In this document: positions 52,230 to 64,000 of the stretch, piece after piece
How positions within the stretch are numbered: the stretch's first letter is position 1
How the letters are laid out: every line of letters starts with the position of its first letter
Made by a program: the position numbers and the translations under genes
The notes under the pieces: model-generated
The model's database searches: none
What the model was told of the DNA's origin: nothing
The model's input: only the letters and a program-made list of their open reading frames with translations
Origin: Octopus bimaculoides
Lineage: Eukaryota
Assembly (NCBI RefSeq): GCF_001194135.2
Contig: NC_068986.1
Coordinates: 63,190,379-63,254,378 of the forward strand
Direction: 5' to 3'
DNA length: 64,000 bases

Positions 52230-54250
52230 AATCACTGCTGAAATGCTTATAATATGTGGTGGTGTAGGCTATGGCTAGTCTCCTGTATTGTAAACCAGGT
52301 AGTTCACGAAGGAGTCATACCCAATGACTAGCATAGCAGCACCATAATCAACTGCTACAAAGGTGAAAGTGATGTGTGTGATAGAAATAACTACAGAGGT
52401 TTCAAACTGTTGGATCAGGTGAAGGTCACGAAGAGGATCATAGCCCAACTAATTAAGGAGAGAGTTAGTCTAGATGAGATGTTGTTTGGTTTTGTGCCAG
52501 GTAGAAGCACCACTGATGCTATATTCCTTGTACGGCAACTGTAGGAGAAATACCTAGCCAAAGATAAACTCCTGTACTTGGCTTTTGTTGACCTAGAGAA
52601 AATCCTTTGACAGCGTCCCCCAATCCCTTTATGATGGGCAATGCAGAAACTGCAAATTGACGAGTGGTTTATAAGAGCTGTACAGGGATGCTGTTGGTAA
52701 GGTAAGGGTCCACAATGCGTATAGTGTAGAATTCCGGGTAAAAGTAAGCTTTCACCAAGGATCAGCCCTCAGCCCCCTTTTATTCATCATAGTCCTCCAG
52801 GCAATAAAAGAGGAAATCAAGACAGGTTGCTCCTGTGAGATCCTCTATGCTGATGACCTGACCCTCATAGCAGAATCACTACCAGAACTAGAGAAGAAAT
52901 TTCAGGTGTAAGCAAGGTTTAGAATGGAAGGGCCTTAGAGTCAATGTTGCAAAAACCAAAGTCTTAGTAAGTAGGAAGGTGAACACATCACAAACCCCTG
53001 CTCGATCTGTAGAAAAGGGGTAGGTAGAAACTCCATATGATGTACCCAGTGTAAGCTATGGACGCATAAGAGGTGCAGCAACATCAAAGGACGTTGAACG
53101 GGGAAGATAGCTTTTGTGTGCAGCATATGCACAGGGGCAATAAACACCCCAGATGCTCAGAAAACTGATTCCATCACATGGCAGGTTGAGAAACTAGAAG
53201 TTGTTGATAGCTTCCACTACCTAGGTGACCAAGTCTGTAGTGGTGGTGGATGCTCAGAGAGCATTGCCACTAGAATAAGAATAGCCTGGGCAAAGTTCAG
53301 AAAGCTCCTACCTCTACTAGTGACAAAGGGCCTCTCACTCGTTGTGAAAGGTAGACTGTATGATGCATGTGTTCAAACTGCTATGCTATACGGCAGTGAA
53401 ACATGGGCTGTGACTGCTGAAGACATGCACAGGCATGAAAGAAATGAAGCTAGCATGATCTGCTGGATGCATAATGTCAGTGTGCACATACTACAGAGTG
53501 TAAGCGCCTTGAGAGAAATGTTGGACATAGAAGCATCAGATGTGGTGTGCAAGAGAGACGACTGCGCTGGTATGGTCATGTGCTGTGTATGGATGAGAAG
53601 TGTCACTCCCTAACTGTGAATGGAACCTGTGGTAGAGGGAGACTCAGGAAGACATGGGATGAGGTGGCCAGGCATGACTTTCAAATGTTGGGCCTCACAG
53701 AGACAATGACGAAAGACCGAGACCTCTGGAGATATGCTGGATTGAGAAGACCCAGCAAGTAAAGTGAGATCACAGCTGTAGCCTACACCAGTGTCGCATA
53801 ACCAGCCCATTTAAAAAGTACATTCCGTGCTTGAGGAGACCTATTGAGTCAAATAAAATCAAAATTCATATCAAATCACAATCAAATGGAAATTGTAGTT
53901 GTGGATGATGCCAGTGCCGCCTGACTGGCTCCCTGTGCCGGTGGAACGTAAAAAGCACCATCCAAACATGGTCAATGCCAGACCCCACCCCCACCCCGAC
54001 TGGCTCCTGTGCTGGTAGCACATAAAAAGCACCATCCAAATATAGCCGATGCCAGTGCTGCCTGACTGGCTTTTGTGCCGGTGGCACGTAAAAAGCACCC
54101 ACTACACTCTTGGAGTGGTTGGCGTTAGGAAGGGCATCCAGCTGTAGAAACACTACTAGATCAGATTGGAGCCTCTTGGCTTGCCAGTCCCCAGTGAAAT
54201 TCTACAACCCATACCAATATGGAAAATGGACGTTAAACGATGATGCTGAT
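52230..54250 (+). mobile_element. 5'-truncated RTE LINE (RT domain through (GAT)n tail)
   Basis: NYRGFKLL, FGFVPGRSTTDAIF, AFVDLEK, HQGSALSPLLF, LYADDL, RLRWYGHV; 3' UTR with three ~70-bp repeat units and a gttaaacgatgatg tail; ORF disrupted. Confidence 0.93.
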
Positions 54251-54395
54251 ATATATGTATATATATATATATGTATATATATATGTGTATATATATATAT
54301 ATATGTATATATATATGTGTATATATATATATATGTATATATATATCAGTGAAGAATGCCACTGGAAAAGAAGATATAAGGTCTGCCAGGTTTTT

Positions 54396-54488
54396 CTCTC
54401 TCACCAAGGTCATCAGCTGTCGAACGCCGACGAAGGGAAATAACCCTGAAATCCGGATACGTTCGTGCTGCTGGCCGAGGTGAGAGGG
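54396..54488 (+). ncRNA. Type I hammerhead ribozyme motif with extended stem I (U4C variant)
   Basis: Stem I CGAACG/CGUUCG, core CCGACGA, stem II AGGG-AAAUAA-CCCU, GAAA, palindromic UCCGGA, cleavage triplet AUA (cut after 54459); two further helices extend stem I. Confidence 0.75.
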
Positions 54489-54600
54489 ATAACTCCCTTG
54501 GCAAACAGGACACAGTCGTGTGTCGATAAGCCAGCTGGAGGAGATGTCCTCCTGGGGCTAAAAGCAACAGTAACATCCACCCCTAGGGGTCAGCCACACT

Positions 54601-55305
54601 NNNNNNNNNNNNNNNNNNNNNNNNNNNNNNNNNNNNNNNNNNNNNNNNNNNNNNNNNNNNNNNNNNNNNNNNNNNNNNNNNNNNNNNNNNNNNNNNNNNN
54701 NNNNNNNNNNNNNNNNNNNNNNNNNNNNNNNNNNNNNNNNNNNNNNNNNNNNNNNNNNNNNNNNNNNNNNNNNNNNNNNNNNNNNNNNNNNNNNNNNNNN
54801 NNNNNNNNNNNNNNNNNNNNNNNNNNNNNNNNNNNNNNNNNNNNNNNNNNNNNNNNNNNNNNNNNNNNNNNNNNNNNNNNNNNNNNNNNNNNNNNNNNNN
54901 NNNNNNNNNNNNNNNNNNNNNNNNNNNNNNNNNNNNNNNNNNNNNNNNNNNNNNNNNNNNNNNNNNNNNNNNNNNNNNNNNNNNNNNNNNNNNNNNNNNN
55001 NNNNNNNNNNNNNNNNNNNNNNNNNNNNNNNNNNNNNNNNNNNNNNNNNNNNNNNNNNNNNNNNNNNNNNNNNNNNNNNNNNNNNNNNNNNNNNNNNNNN
55101 NNNNNNNNNNNNNNNNNNNNNNNNNNNNNNNNNNNNNNNNNNNNNNNNNNNNNNNNNNNNNNNNNNNNNNNNNNNNNNNNNNNNNNNNNNNNNNNNNNNN
55201 NNNNNNNNNNNNNNNNNNNNNNNNNNNNNNNNNNNNNNNNNNNNNNNNNNNNNNNNNNNNNNNNNNNNNNNNNNNNNNNNNNNNNNNNNNNNNNNNNNNN
55301 NNNNT
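54601..55305. other. Assembly gap (largest of ten N runs)
   Basis: Other gaps: 11383-11392, 14289-14496, 16816-17358, 19343-19442, 21039-21216, 23897-24237, 31861-32481, 37438-37490, 52149-52158. Confidence 0.98.
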
Positions 55306-56135
55306 GTATATATATATATATTACATGTGTGTGTATATGTATTCTGTCTTTTCTGCTCTGCTGTTTTGTGCAAGTTCTATACTGATCAAACATGACTATT
55401 ATAAATATATAAATGTGCAGGTGACTTTCTATAAATAGATAACTAAAACTTGATCAATTTTCAAATATTGAAGTTGAAAATTGATCACATTTATTACTTA
55501 ACTCTCCAAGTACATGCTCAATATGTGAATTAGTGAAATGGTTACATATAGATAATGTAGTTGCTATCAATTGATTACCTTGAGAAAATCAGTTTAACTT
55601 AGTCTATTGTTCGCATTTAACAGATGCAGCCATGTATGACTCCCTTCAGTAATTTTTAACTGGTGGTAAGTGAGAGTGTAAACAGGAACATGTGGTCAGC
55701 CATTGGTATATGGAAATTTAATGATGTTAGAGTTCAGATAATACACCAGACTAGGTGGCACTTTCTACACATAATGCTGTTTGAAATATTTGTTTTATTG
55801 ATAGCATTGCATTTGATTAACTAAGAGGTCTTTGTTTCTAAACAAACTAATCTAATTATATCTGTTAATGGTTTCCATGTGAGGGCTGTAAAATATTATT
55901 TCCTGACTGCAACATAATTCCCAGTTTGATATGTATTTATAAGACTAATGTATATTTCATAAAACTCTTCAGAATCTGTGGTTTTCTAGCTTTGTTATTT
56001 ATACATAAAATAGAACACATAACCACTTAACCTAAGTTGTAAATGAAAAATTGGTGGTTTTTAGCCTCTAACCCTTTAAATTACAACATTTCCCTCTTGC
56101 AACCTATAAAACTGAACACAAGAACCAACTATATA

Positions 56136-57040
56136 TTGGGTCATCCCATAAATAATGCGGGGTTTTTATACTTCTTTTATTTTCAAACTTAAGATAAACT
56201 TCTTTTTTAATCTAATATATATACTCTCCTTCATTTTCTATAATGCTCTTCTATCGATCTGGTAGACTTGCAAGGCTCCTCTTCCAAAATTCATTAGTCC
56301 ATGATGAAAAATACTCCTCCAGTACTATTCTGACTTCATCTAAAGAATTCATATTTTTTCCATCCAAATGATTTTGGAGACTGCAAAATAAATGATGATC
56401 AGATGGGTCAATGTCCGGGAAATATGGTGGGTGGGGCATTATTTCCCATTCAAACTGATCCAGCCTTTGGAATGTCATCCTTGCTGTATGTGGCCAAGCA
56501 TTATTCTCATGGAAGAACACATTTCATCTTGAAACCAACGATGGTCATTTTCTTTCTAGCACTGACGTAAGCCACTCAAGCTGCTCACAGTAGATCTCCT
56601 TTGTTATTGTTTGGTTTAGGTTTAAAAGTTCAAAGTGGACTAAACCTTTCATACCCCACCAAGCAGATAACATCACCTTACATGAGTGAATACTTTCTTT
56701 AGCCTGGGGTGCCGATGTTTTTCCTTTCCCTACCCACTATTTTCAACACTTGACATTTTCATAGAGAATCCATATCTCGTCACCAGTCACCATTCGGTCT
56801 AAAAAAGGTTCATTCATGGGACATGACAACAAAGAAGAGCACACAATTAGACTCAGAAAGTTTGTGAGGAACCCATTGACCAAATCTGCTGACTTTTCCA
56901 ATGGCATGAAGGTGTCCATGAATGGTTGAATGACCAAATTGGTTAAGGTTAAACAGCTGACAACAAATTTGTGGTATTGAGCAGAATGTTTGCTGTAGCC
57001 CATCTTTTATACCAAGACAAAACATGTACAGGATAACACT
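56136..57040 (-). mobile_element. mariner (DD34D) relic, 5' end missing
   Basis: WVPHKLSE, VTGDEIWILY, HENNAWPH...PPYFPDIDPSDHHLF; TIR-like TTGGGTCATCCCATAAATAATGCGG after TA at 56134-35. Confidence 0.85.
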
Positions 57041-57099
57041 TCCAATCAGTTAAGATCAGAAGCCATGAGAGCCAGTGTCTGGTATTGCAACAGGGCATT

Positions 57100-60000
57100 T
57101 ATTATCATCATCATCATCATCATCATCATTATTGTGTGATGAAAACTCACAGCTTATTTTGCTGGGTATGATGGGAAGTGTCAGCTGTTCACAGCGAGCA
57201 GACAAAGGTGACACTTATTTACTGGTCATGCTTCAAGAACCTTGCGAAGAATTCTTGCAGTTCCAGGCAATGCTGATTTTTGTAGGTGTTATATCTTCAC
57301 ACTTGCACCAATCTTTTCCAGCCATGATGGCAGTTGAGTGTTGATACTTCCAAATATGCCTATTGCTATTGGTATCATGTCTACTCTCTTCATTGACCAC
57401 AACCTTCGTATTTCCCACTTCAAACCATCATAGTTGTTTATCTTTTCTTCTTCTTTCAGATTGATCCTGTTGTCGCTGGGGCAAGCTATGTCAATTATCA
57501 TGCATGTTTTTTTTTTTATTCACCACAACATTGTCCAATTTCCAATGTCTGGTCAGGTGATCGCACTGAATCATTGCATCCCCCATGATTTTGCAATTCT
57601 CATTCTCAGTGATTCCTTCCAGGGTTTGCTCATCTCACATCTTTGTTCTTTGTAGGCCATGATTTCTACAGAGCTCCCAGTGGATCATTCTTGCCACATT
57701 GTCATGGTATCTTTTGTATTCGTGTTGTGCCAATTTTGGGCATTTACCAACGATGCCCCATACTGTTTCATCCCTCTCGCTGCCTATTCTGCATTTGTCA
57801 TTGTCGGTAGTGTTGTTTATTCTGCGCTTCACATAGATGGTTCTTAGCGCTTGTTCTTGAGCTGCACATATGAGTGCTTCTGTCTCTGTCTTCAAATCAC
57901 TCCTCATCATCCATAGTCACTGGTCTTCTGTACCTGTCTTGGCATTCACATCTCTTGCAAACTGACCATCCATTTTTTTTTCCTTCTATGCATTTTCGTT
58001 TTTTCTTTTCATTTCTTGTTTAAATTTTTGTTTACACAATTTTCAGTTTTGATGACATTGGCCTTCGTATGTTTTAACAATGGTTCCACAGCATTTTTTA
58101 TATACCACCCTAGGTTGTTTTCCTCTGCTTCAATACAGTCCTGGCAAACCTCTCCCACTCTTTCTTGTGGACAAGCACAGCCTATTGGTGTCACTCTTAG
58201 GATGGAAGGCTCTGTGTACTGTCAACATTTTTCTGGTCTTGGTATCCATTTTCTTCACTTCTCTTTTTGCCATCTTATAATTCCTGCTCCATACCCAAAT
58301 GATGCTATTACTCACGTGTTAACTGCTTGGATTTTATTCCATCCAGTCAGTTTTGAGTGTAACTCCAACCTTAATCTTTGGAAATATTCCATCCTCAGTT
58401 GCTCTTTCAGTTCCTTCTCCATTATCTCTTTGAACTCTAGTAAACCAAGGTATTTTTTTAACCTTCGGTTTCAATTTGTTTAATCAAGTCTCTATTCGGA
58501 AGTTCTATTCCTGCTAGAGACTGTACCTTGCCTCTTTTTAGGTACAAATTTAAGTCCAAATTCCATTCTAATATCAGCACTAAAACAATGGACTGTGTTC
58601 ACCAAGGAACTCACTTGTGTCTCATCCTTGCCATACAATTTCAAATCATCCTTGAAGAGGAGGTGGTTGATTATTTGGGATTTTCCCTTTAGTTGCTACC
58701 TCAGGTTCATTTTCCTTAGTACCAAGGTCAGGGGTGTCATACAGAGAACAAAAAACAATGGAGATAAGCTATCACCCTGGAAAATCCCTTTTCTGATACC
58801 CAGGGTGCCCAAGCTTTTTCAGTAAGATGTCAGTTCAGTTTTCCACTCCACCATACTTCTCTTCAGGAAACATGTTACATTCCTCACAATTCCAAACAGA
58901 TCTAAGCACCCAATGATCCATGAATATAGAATCCTATCACAAGCTTTGTGATTGTCAATCCAGGCCATTTCCAAATGTGTTCTCCTTCATTTACAATCTT
59001 GCATTACCATTTTGTCCATCAGTAATTGATCTTTGGTACCTCTGCATCTCCTTCTACAGCCTTTTTGTTCCATAGGTAATATATTGTTCTCATCAAGAAA
59101 TTTGTGCAGCTCTTCTGCAATTCCTCCTGACAGTAACTTCTACATTAATGGGAAGCAGGAAATTGGCCTGTAATTGTCAGCTGCATTTCCCTTTGACGCA
59201 TCCTTCAGACACAACACTGTTCTTCCTTTTGTCAATCAGCCCAGGATTTCTTCTTCTCTATTGATCAATGCATTAAGTTGCTCTGTGATCAATTTATAGT
59301 AACTACTGATCTTTTTTTATCCAAAATTCCTGTACACCATCAGGTCCCACTGCTTTCCAATTGCTTATCTTTTTACTCACATTTTTGATACTGTCTTCTG
59401 TGAAGTGGATAACTTCTTGCTGGGGATAAGAAGCTGTTTGCTTCAGGCTGCAGAGCCATTCAACATAATGCTGTTCTTGCTTACTCCATATCTTACCCCA
59501 GAAAAGTCAACTTTCATCAGCATCAGGGTCTAATATTTCACATTTTTTATCATCATTAATCTTTTGATAAAATCTTTTTTGGTCAGTTCTAAATAATTTG
59601 TTTTGCCGGTATTTCTTAATCCATTGTTCAAACCTAGTTAGCTTTGCTGTTTTTGTAAGTATGGGCTACTTCAGTTCTTCAATAATAATATTCGGGCCTT
59701 TTGTATCTACACCATACTTCTTCCTAACTTTTTTGAATTTCCATTCATTCTTAAGTTCTCCATTTCTTCTCCTGACAAGTATTAACACTACACTGTCCAA
59801 GGAGTTTATATCTTCTGAAATTCTCCTTTTCCACCAAGGTTGTTTATTTCCTCTTCTATCTGTCGCTTTTCTGTTCTCAGTAGTTCTCAATCCCATCCTT
59901 TTTGCCACAATCCTACTAGTAGCCTTGATAAAATTGTTTGTTTGTGTGATGTTGTTTGTTTTAATGTGTCTCAATACATTATTGACTCATCTCTTGATTT

Positions 60001-60800
60001 AGTCTCTATTAGTTAGCCTTCTTAAAGTCGCACATTAATTTTGTCCTTTCTGTATTTGATAGATCCAAAATCTTATCTTTTATTAATTGGTCTTCATTGT
60101 TTAAGTAGTCACTGATCTCAATTCTTTCGCAATTCATGGTAGTATATTCTTGTGAACAATTTGTCCATCTCTACTACTATATCACTTTCTCATTTCTCGC
60201 ATACCCAGCATCACCCAATATCCTTCTTTTCATAGCTTCTAGCTCCAATTCTGTTAGTCATCCATTCATTCGTATTGCTCTTGCTTGCTTACATAATCTC
60301 TGTTCAGTAATTTCAAACAGATCTATTGCTGTCCATTCACTGTGCATTTGTTTTCTGTACCCTATGACAGGCACACCATTTGCATCCACTGAGGTACTCT
60401 GATAGTAACACTCCATAACCATCATGTTTACTTATTTATTCCACTTATGCCTTGTAGCATGGCTAGCAGTGGCTGGATTACAAGCCGGCCCACCCTGCTA
60501 AACAGTGGGGCACCTGCTGGGTGCGACATCTTCACCATTGGTTCCAGTCCCATTCACACCGTTATTGTCATCTATTTTGCTTGGCATTTTCACTCACAGA
60601 TGAGGTGTGTTTTTAGGTTACTATCAACTGGTATTTTTATCGAGACACTATCTCTATCAAGGTAGTCTGCCAAGGCAAAGGGGCCTTGCTCCCTTGGTTT
60701 TGAACTCAGTGATCCTTCTCTTCGGCTGCTTTCCATCCAAGACTAACAAGTACAGTGTACCTGGAGCACTGGTTATTTGAAGGCACCAGATACTCATTTT
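57100..60800 (-). mobile_element. Near-full-length R4/Dong-type non-LTR retrotransposon (~3.7 kb)
   Basis: 5' UTR, a single disrupted ORF, short 3' UTR and an (ATG/ATA)n tail. Confidence 0.88.
57226..60587 (-). pseudogene. R4-clade ORF: RT, zinc-knuckle region and restriction-like endonuclease
   Basis: MPSK...RHKWNK.VNMMVMECYY...GYRKQM...TEQRLCKQARAI; KQPWWKRRI; GDSLSPL; HLLFKDDLKLYGK; LKTETEALICAAQEQAL...KCR...ETVWGIVGKCPKLAQHEYK; IDIACP...EIRRLW...PIAIG; LQKSALPGTARILRKVLEA*. Many stops and frameshifts. Confidence 0.88.
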
Positions 60801-61514
60801 TCCCAATCTTCTCCTGTTGGTTTGGCAAAGGAGTCAGGTTGACTGTCAGGAGATATGTCTTGCACAGGTCAATGGGACATTTTATAAGTGGAGGGCACTC
60901 AGCTCCCCTCACCACCCTGACATTGACAGAAAGAAAAAAGAGAAAAAATTGGAAAAGGAGAGAGAAAGAAGAAAACAACACCAAAAAAAAAAAAAGGAAA
61001 ATCAACTAGGGAGGGGAGGAAGCCATTTAACACAGCAAGTGCAGTATAATCCATGTAGATCAACAGAGTGAGTGGGAGGACTGCTTAGGAGTGGTTGTAA
61101 AGACAGAAGTGAAGTAGATATTGAACATAAGAGAAGATGGTTGAGGAGGTGGGTAGGGCAGATGCATCACTGACAAGAGAAGGTGCCTACCACTGTGCTC
61201 CTTACTGCCCAAACAAGAAAAGTTTCTGACGAGAAATAAATTTAAAGTTGCAGAAACATGTTATATAATTTTTAGATATATCCTTGTATTATATTAAGAT
61301 CATAGCTTGTGGTATTTTGACTGGGACTCTCTTGGTTGTAAATAAAGAGCCTGCATGTTTTCAGAAGCAACTAAAACTTGTGCTTTACAGAGAGTGAGGA
61401 AGAGAGGAAACGAGAGCAACGAATGAATTAGAGTGTGGAGAATGAGAGGGACAATTAAGTTCAACAACACATTTAAGACATAGCAATTGTTATTATTAAT
61501 ATTATTATTATCAT

Positions 61515-61812
61515 TATTACCTCCACCTTAGCGAAGGCAGAAGTATTGTTTTCAGTCGTGCTAATTTGTCTGTTCGTGGACAAGATATCTCAAGAACTAC
61601 TGGATGGATTCTAATGAAACTTTCAGGGATGTTTGGCCTCATGACTGGCACAAGCTGATTAGATTTTGGGATTGATCCAGTACCAGACAAGGATTCTGGG
61701 GAGTTTGTTTCTTGTTTTTTTTTAATTTTTGAGAGTGGTTGGGTTCATTTTTAGTATTCTTGTTTGTGAGGGCAGTCAAGTTTCAGAGATTCTCATTTTA
61801 AAAATCATCTGC
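61515..61812 (+). mobile_element. HINE-like element, uninterrupted but 3'-truncated
   Basis: CCTCCACCTT-AGCG-AAGGCAGAAG start and GATTCTAATGAAACTT core; same family as 43341-44331. Confidence 0.7.
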
Positions 61813-61834
61813 TGTTATCAGTAGCTGCTGCTTT

Positions 61835-62010
61835 GCAGCATTCATTTCAGCTCTTTATGTTTTAAGTTCAGATCATGCCAAGGTCAATTTTGCTTTTCAT
61901 CTCTCTGGAGTCTATAAAATAAAGTACTAGTTAAGTAATGGGGTCGTTATAATCTACTTACCTCTCCCTTCAAAATTGCTGGCCTTGTGCCAAAATTAGA
62001 AATAATTGTT
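61835..62010 (+). mobile_element. Diverged SINE family B
   Basis: aagttcagatcatgccaaggtcaattttgcttttcatc...ataaaataaagtactag. Confidence 0.6.
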
Positions 62011-62442
62011 ATTGTTACTGTTTTCATAACATTTAGATGTGTTTTAACTCACTCTGAGACTTGCCAATAAGGATTTTAGTTACCTGTTGACTGTCTAAAC
62101 CTTCCCACCCCACCAACTTCCAGTATTTAGTAGAAGGTTGCCTTTACAGATTTATATATTTGATTAAACTTTCACATTTTGACAACATGTCACTTCAAAA
62201 TGTGTATAAGATACACCTTGTAACAACATGAAAATAATCCAGCTCACCAAACAAAAATAACAGCACATGAACAGATCAGACCAATAAGTAAATATTTACC
62301 TAGAAGTAAAAATATTTGAATGAACATTTAACAGAAAAAAATGTTAATGAATATGTTGAATGATAACCATAATGGCAACTGTGACCCACAGTTAAATATC
62401 TTATGCAACAGATACATTGCAGCATTAACCAACCCATCTCAC

Positions 62443-62482
62443 CTCTTTCATATGGTGGAATTTTTAGATGTGACAAAATGTC
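62443..62482 (-). CDS. Candidate 40-nt internal exon of an unidentified host gene (DILSHLKIPPYER)
   Basis: Minus strand aactaattttcag|GACATTTTG...GAAAGAG|gtgaga: branch-point-like CTAAT, good acceptor and donor, only one open frame; no homologue recognised. Confidence 0.3.
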
Positions 62483-64000
62483 CTGAAAATTAGTTAAATG
62501 GGAAATTTTTGTAAAATTGTTGTAAAGCATCATTTCTTTGCCCCAGGATCTGCTTCAGAAGAGTGCAAAGAGAAAAATAACATATCTGTGCACATATTCA
62601 CAAGCATACGACTACTAATTCACACATACACACACACATTGTCAATTTGTGCAATCACAGCAACCTCATTTACACTTTACCCACAATACCTTGCTATTCC
62701 CTATTTAATTTGATCATTACTATTAAAGTGAAAGCTGAGCAATCTGTTGACCTGGTGTCAAGAATGATTGAGTTAACCAATATATCCACTCACTGAACTA
62801 TATCTCATACTTCCTTGATAGTGAAGTACTACTTATCCTGCTTGTGAAATTCTCAAAATTCCAACCCTCTACACTTGATAACATCAAAAATGTTGCATCA
62901 TCAGACACTTTAGAAGTAGCTTGTATAGACTTAAAATAGCCCATCTAACTATGTTAGAAGTAGAATCAACATAAGCAGCAGGCTGTCATTGTAATAGTAC
63001 TCTGCAAGAAGTGTATCACAGTCTAGATAGAATTTGATTCAGATTATTGTCTTAATTTTTATAGAGAGATGAGGCCTTGGCTAAAACTTTTGCAACCCCA
63101 AACCTTCTTATTACGTATGTTAATCTCTTACCCCTCCCCTTGCCCCTAATGAAATGCTAAACAATAATTTCCTGCTGCACTGATTGGCCTATTTTCTTAT
63201 TCTTACTACTTCAACAAGGTATTCTTTCTAAATGCTTAAAACAAAGCTAAAATAAATAATAAAAAAGAACTTTAATCAGCTCTGATCTAGAATATCAACA
63301 TGCAATATTTTGTATCAATTTATTCTATTCATTTCTAACTTCATATCTAAGTGGCCTGAAGCATTTTGTACAGGAATTCTACTGATAAACACTTGTTGTC
63401 TCTTTTCCTCACCCCACTCCCATTTACTTCAAAATAGAAAGATTGCTGTGAAAATACTATTGATTGGTTGCAAATCACTTGCTTTAGTCACATATTGAAT
63501 AGATTCTTACAAATTACAATGCATATGGGCTGGATTGCAGTTGTGGGGGAGGGGAAGTAGAAGAATGAAAGAATATAAAATGTTTTGTAAATCACTGAAA
63601 TATCACTGAAAGTATTTTAATCTGTGATTTCATCAGAATATCTTGCTATGTAATTCTCTTATAAATTCTTAAAGAAATTGAACTACTCCGCAAATTTGCT
63701 ATTTCCTTGTAAATCTTAAGTATGACTAACTTTTAATCTGTAAAGCATATTTCAAAGTTGAATTGCTAACCATAATATGCTTTCTAAAATTTACTAATTT
63801 TTTTTCTTTTTAAGTTATTCTTATGCATTTTCTTTTTAATAATTATTAATTTAAGGTGTTCTTTGTCAAATAGATTTTAGGTTATTTTTTAAGATATTGA
63901 CTCCCTCTAAAATTTGATAACTTATGAGATAAAACAATGTGATTCTGTATACTAGTATTGTAGTTATTCATCTATTGGGTATTATGTTGTCAGCAGAATC

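Noticed and set aside
53905-54100. Three ~70-bp repeats resembling a CRISPR-like array
   Set aside because: Contiguous tandem units in the RTE 3' UTR without unique spacers, in eukaryotic context.

Overview
AT-rich, microsatellite-dense, repeat-dominated animal DNA. It is most likely an intron or intergenic region of an octopus genome; this is inferred from the SINE, RTE and MITE families and the microsatellite-flanked N gaps, not from any search. No intact protein-coding gene is recognisable, and most ORF-track entries are gap, microsatellite or antisense artefacts. The window holds several tRNA-derived SINE families and RTE LINE fragments. It has three R4/Dong-type (RT + restriction-like endonuclease) LINE relics, one nearly full length, and Tc1/mariner relics (a full-length DD34D mariner, a second mariner, a DD41D rosa/Visitor derivative and a maT-like fragment). 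It also has a hAT-like relic, Helitron/Helentron-type non-autonomous elements, MITEs, a Gypsy integrase fragment and a Penelope-like GIY-YIG fragment. The most interesting signal is two hand-foldable type I hammerhead ribozyme motifs (54421-54465, and 14589-14632 mirrored on the opposite strand). They sit in unrelated microsatellite-embedded elements yet share a non-canonical CCGANGA core, an A-U pair closing stem II and a palindromic, nearly loopless stem III. All coordinates were counted by hand; repeat boundaries are approximate.
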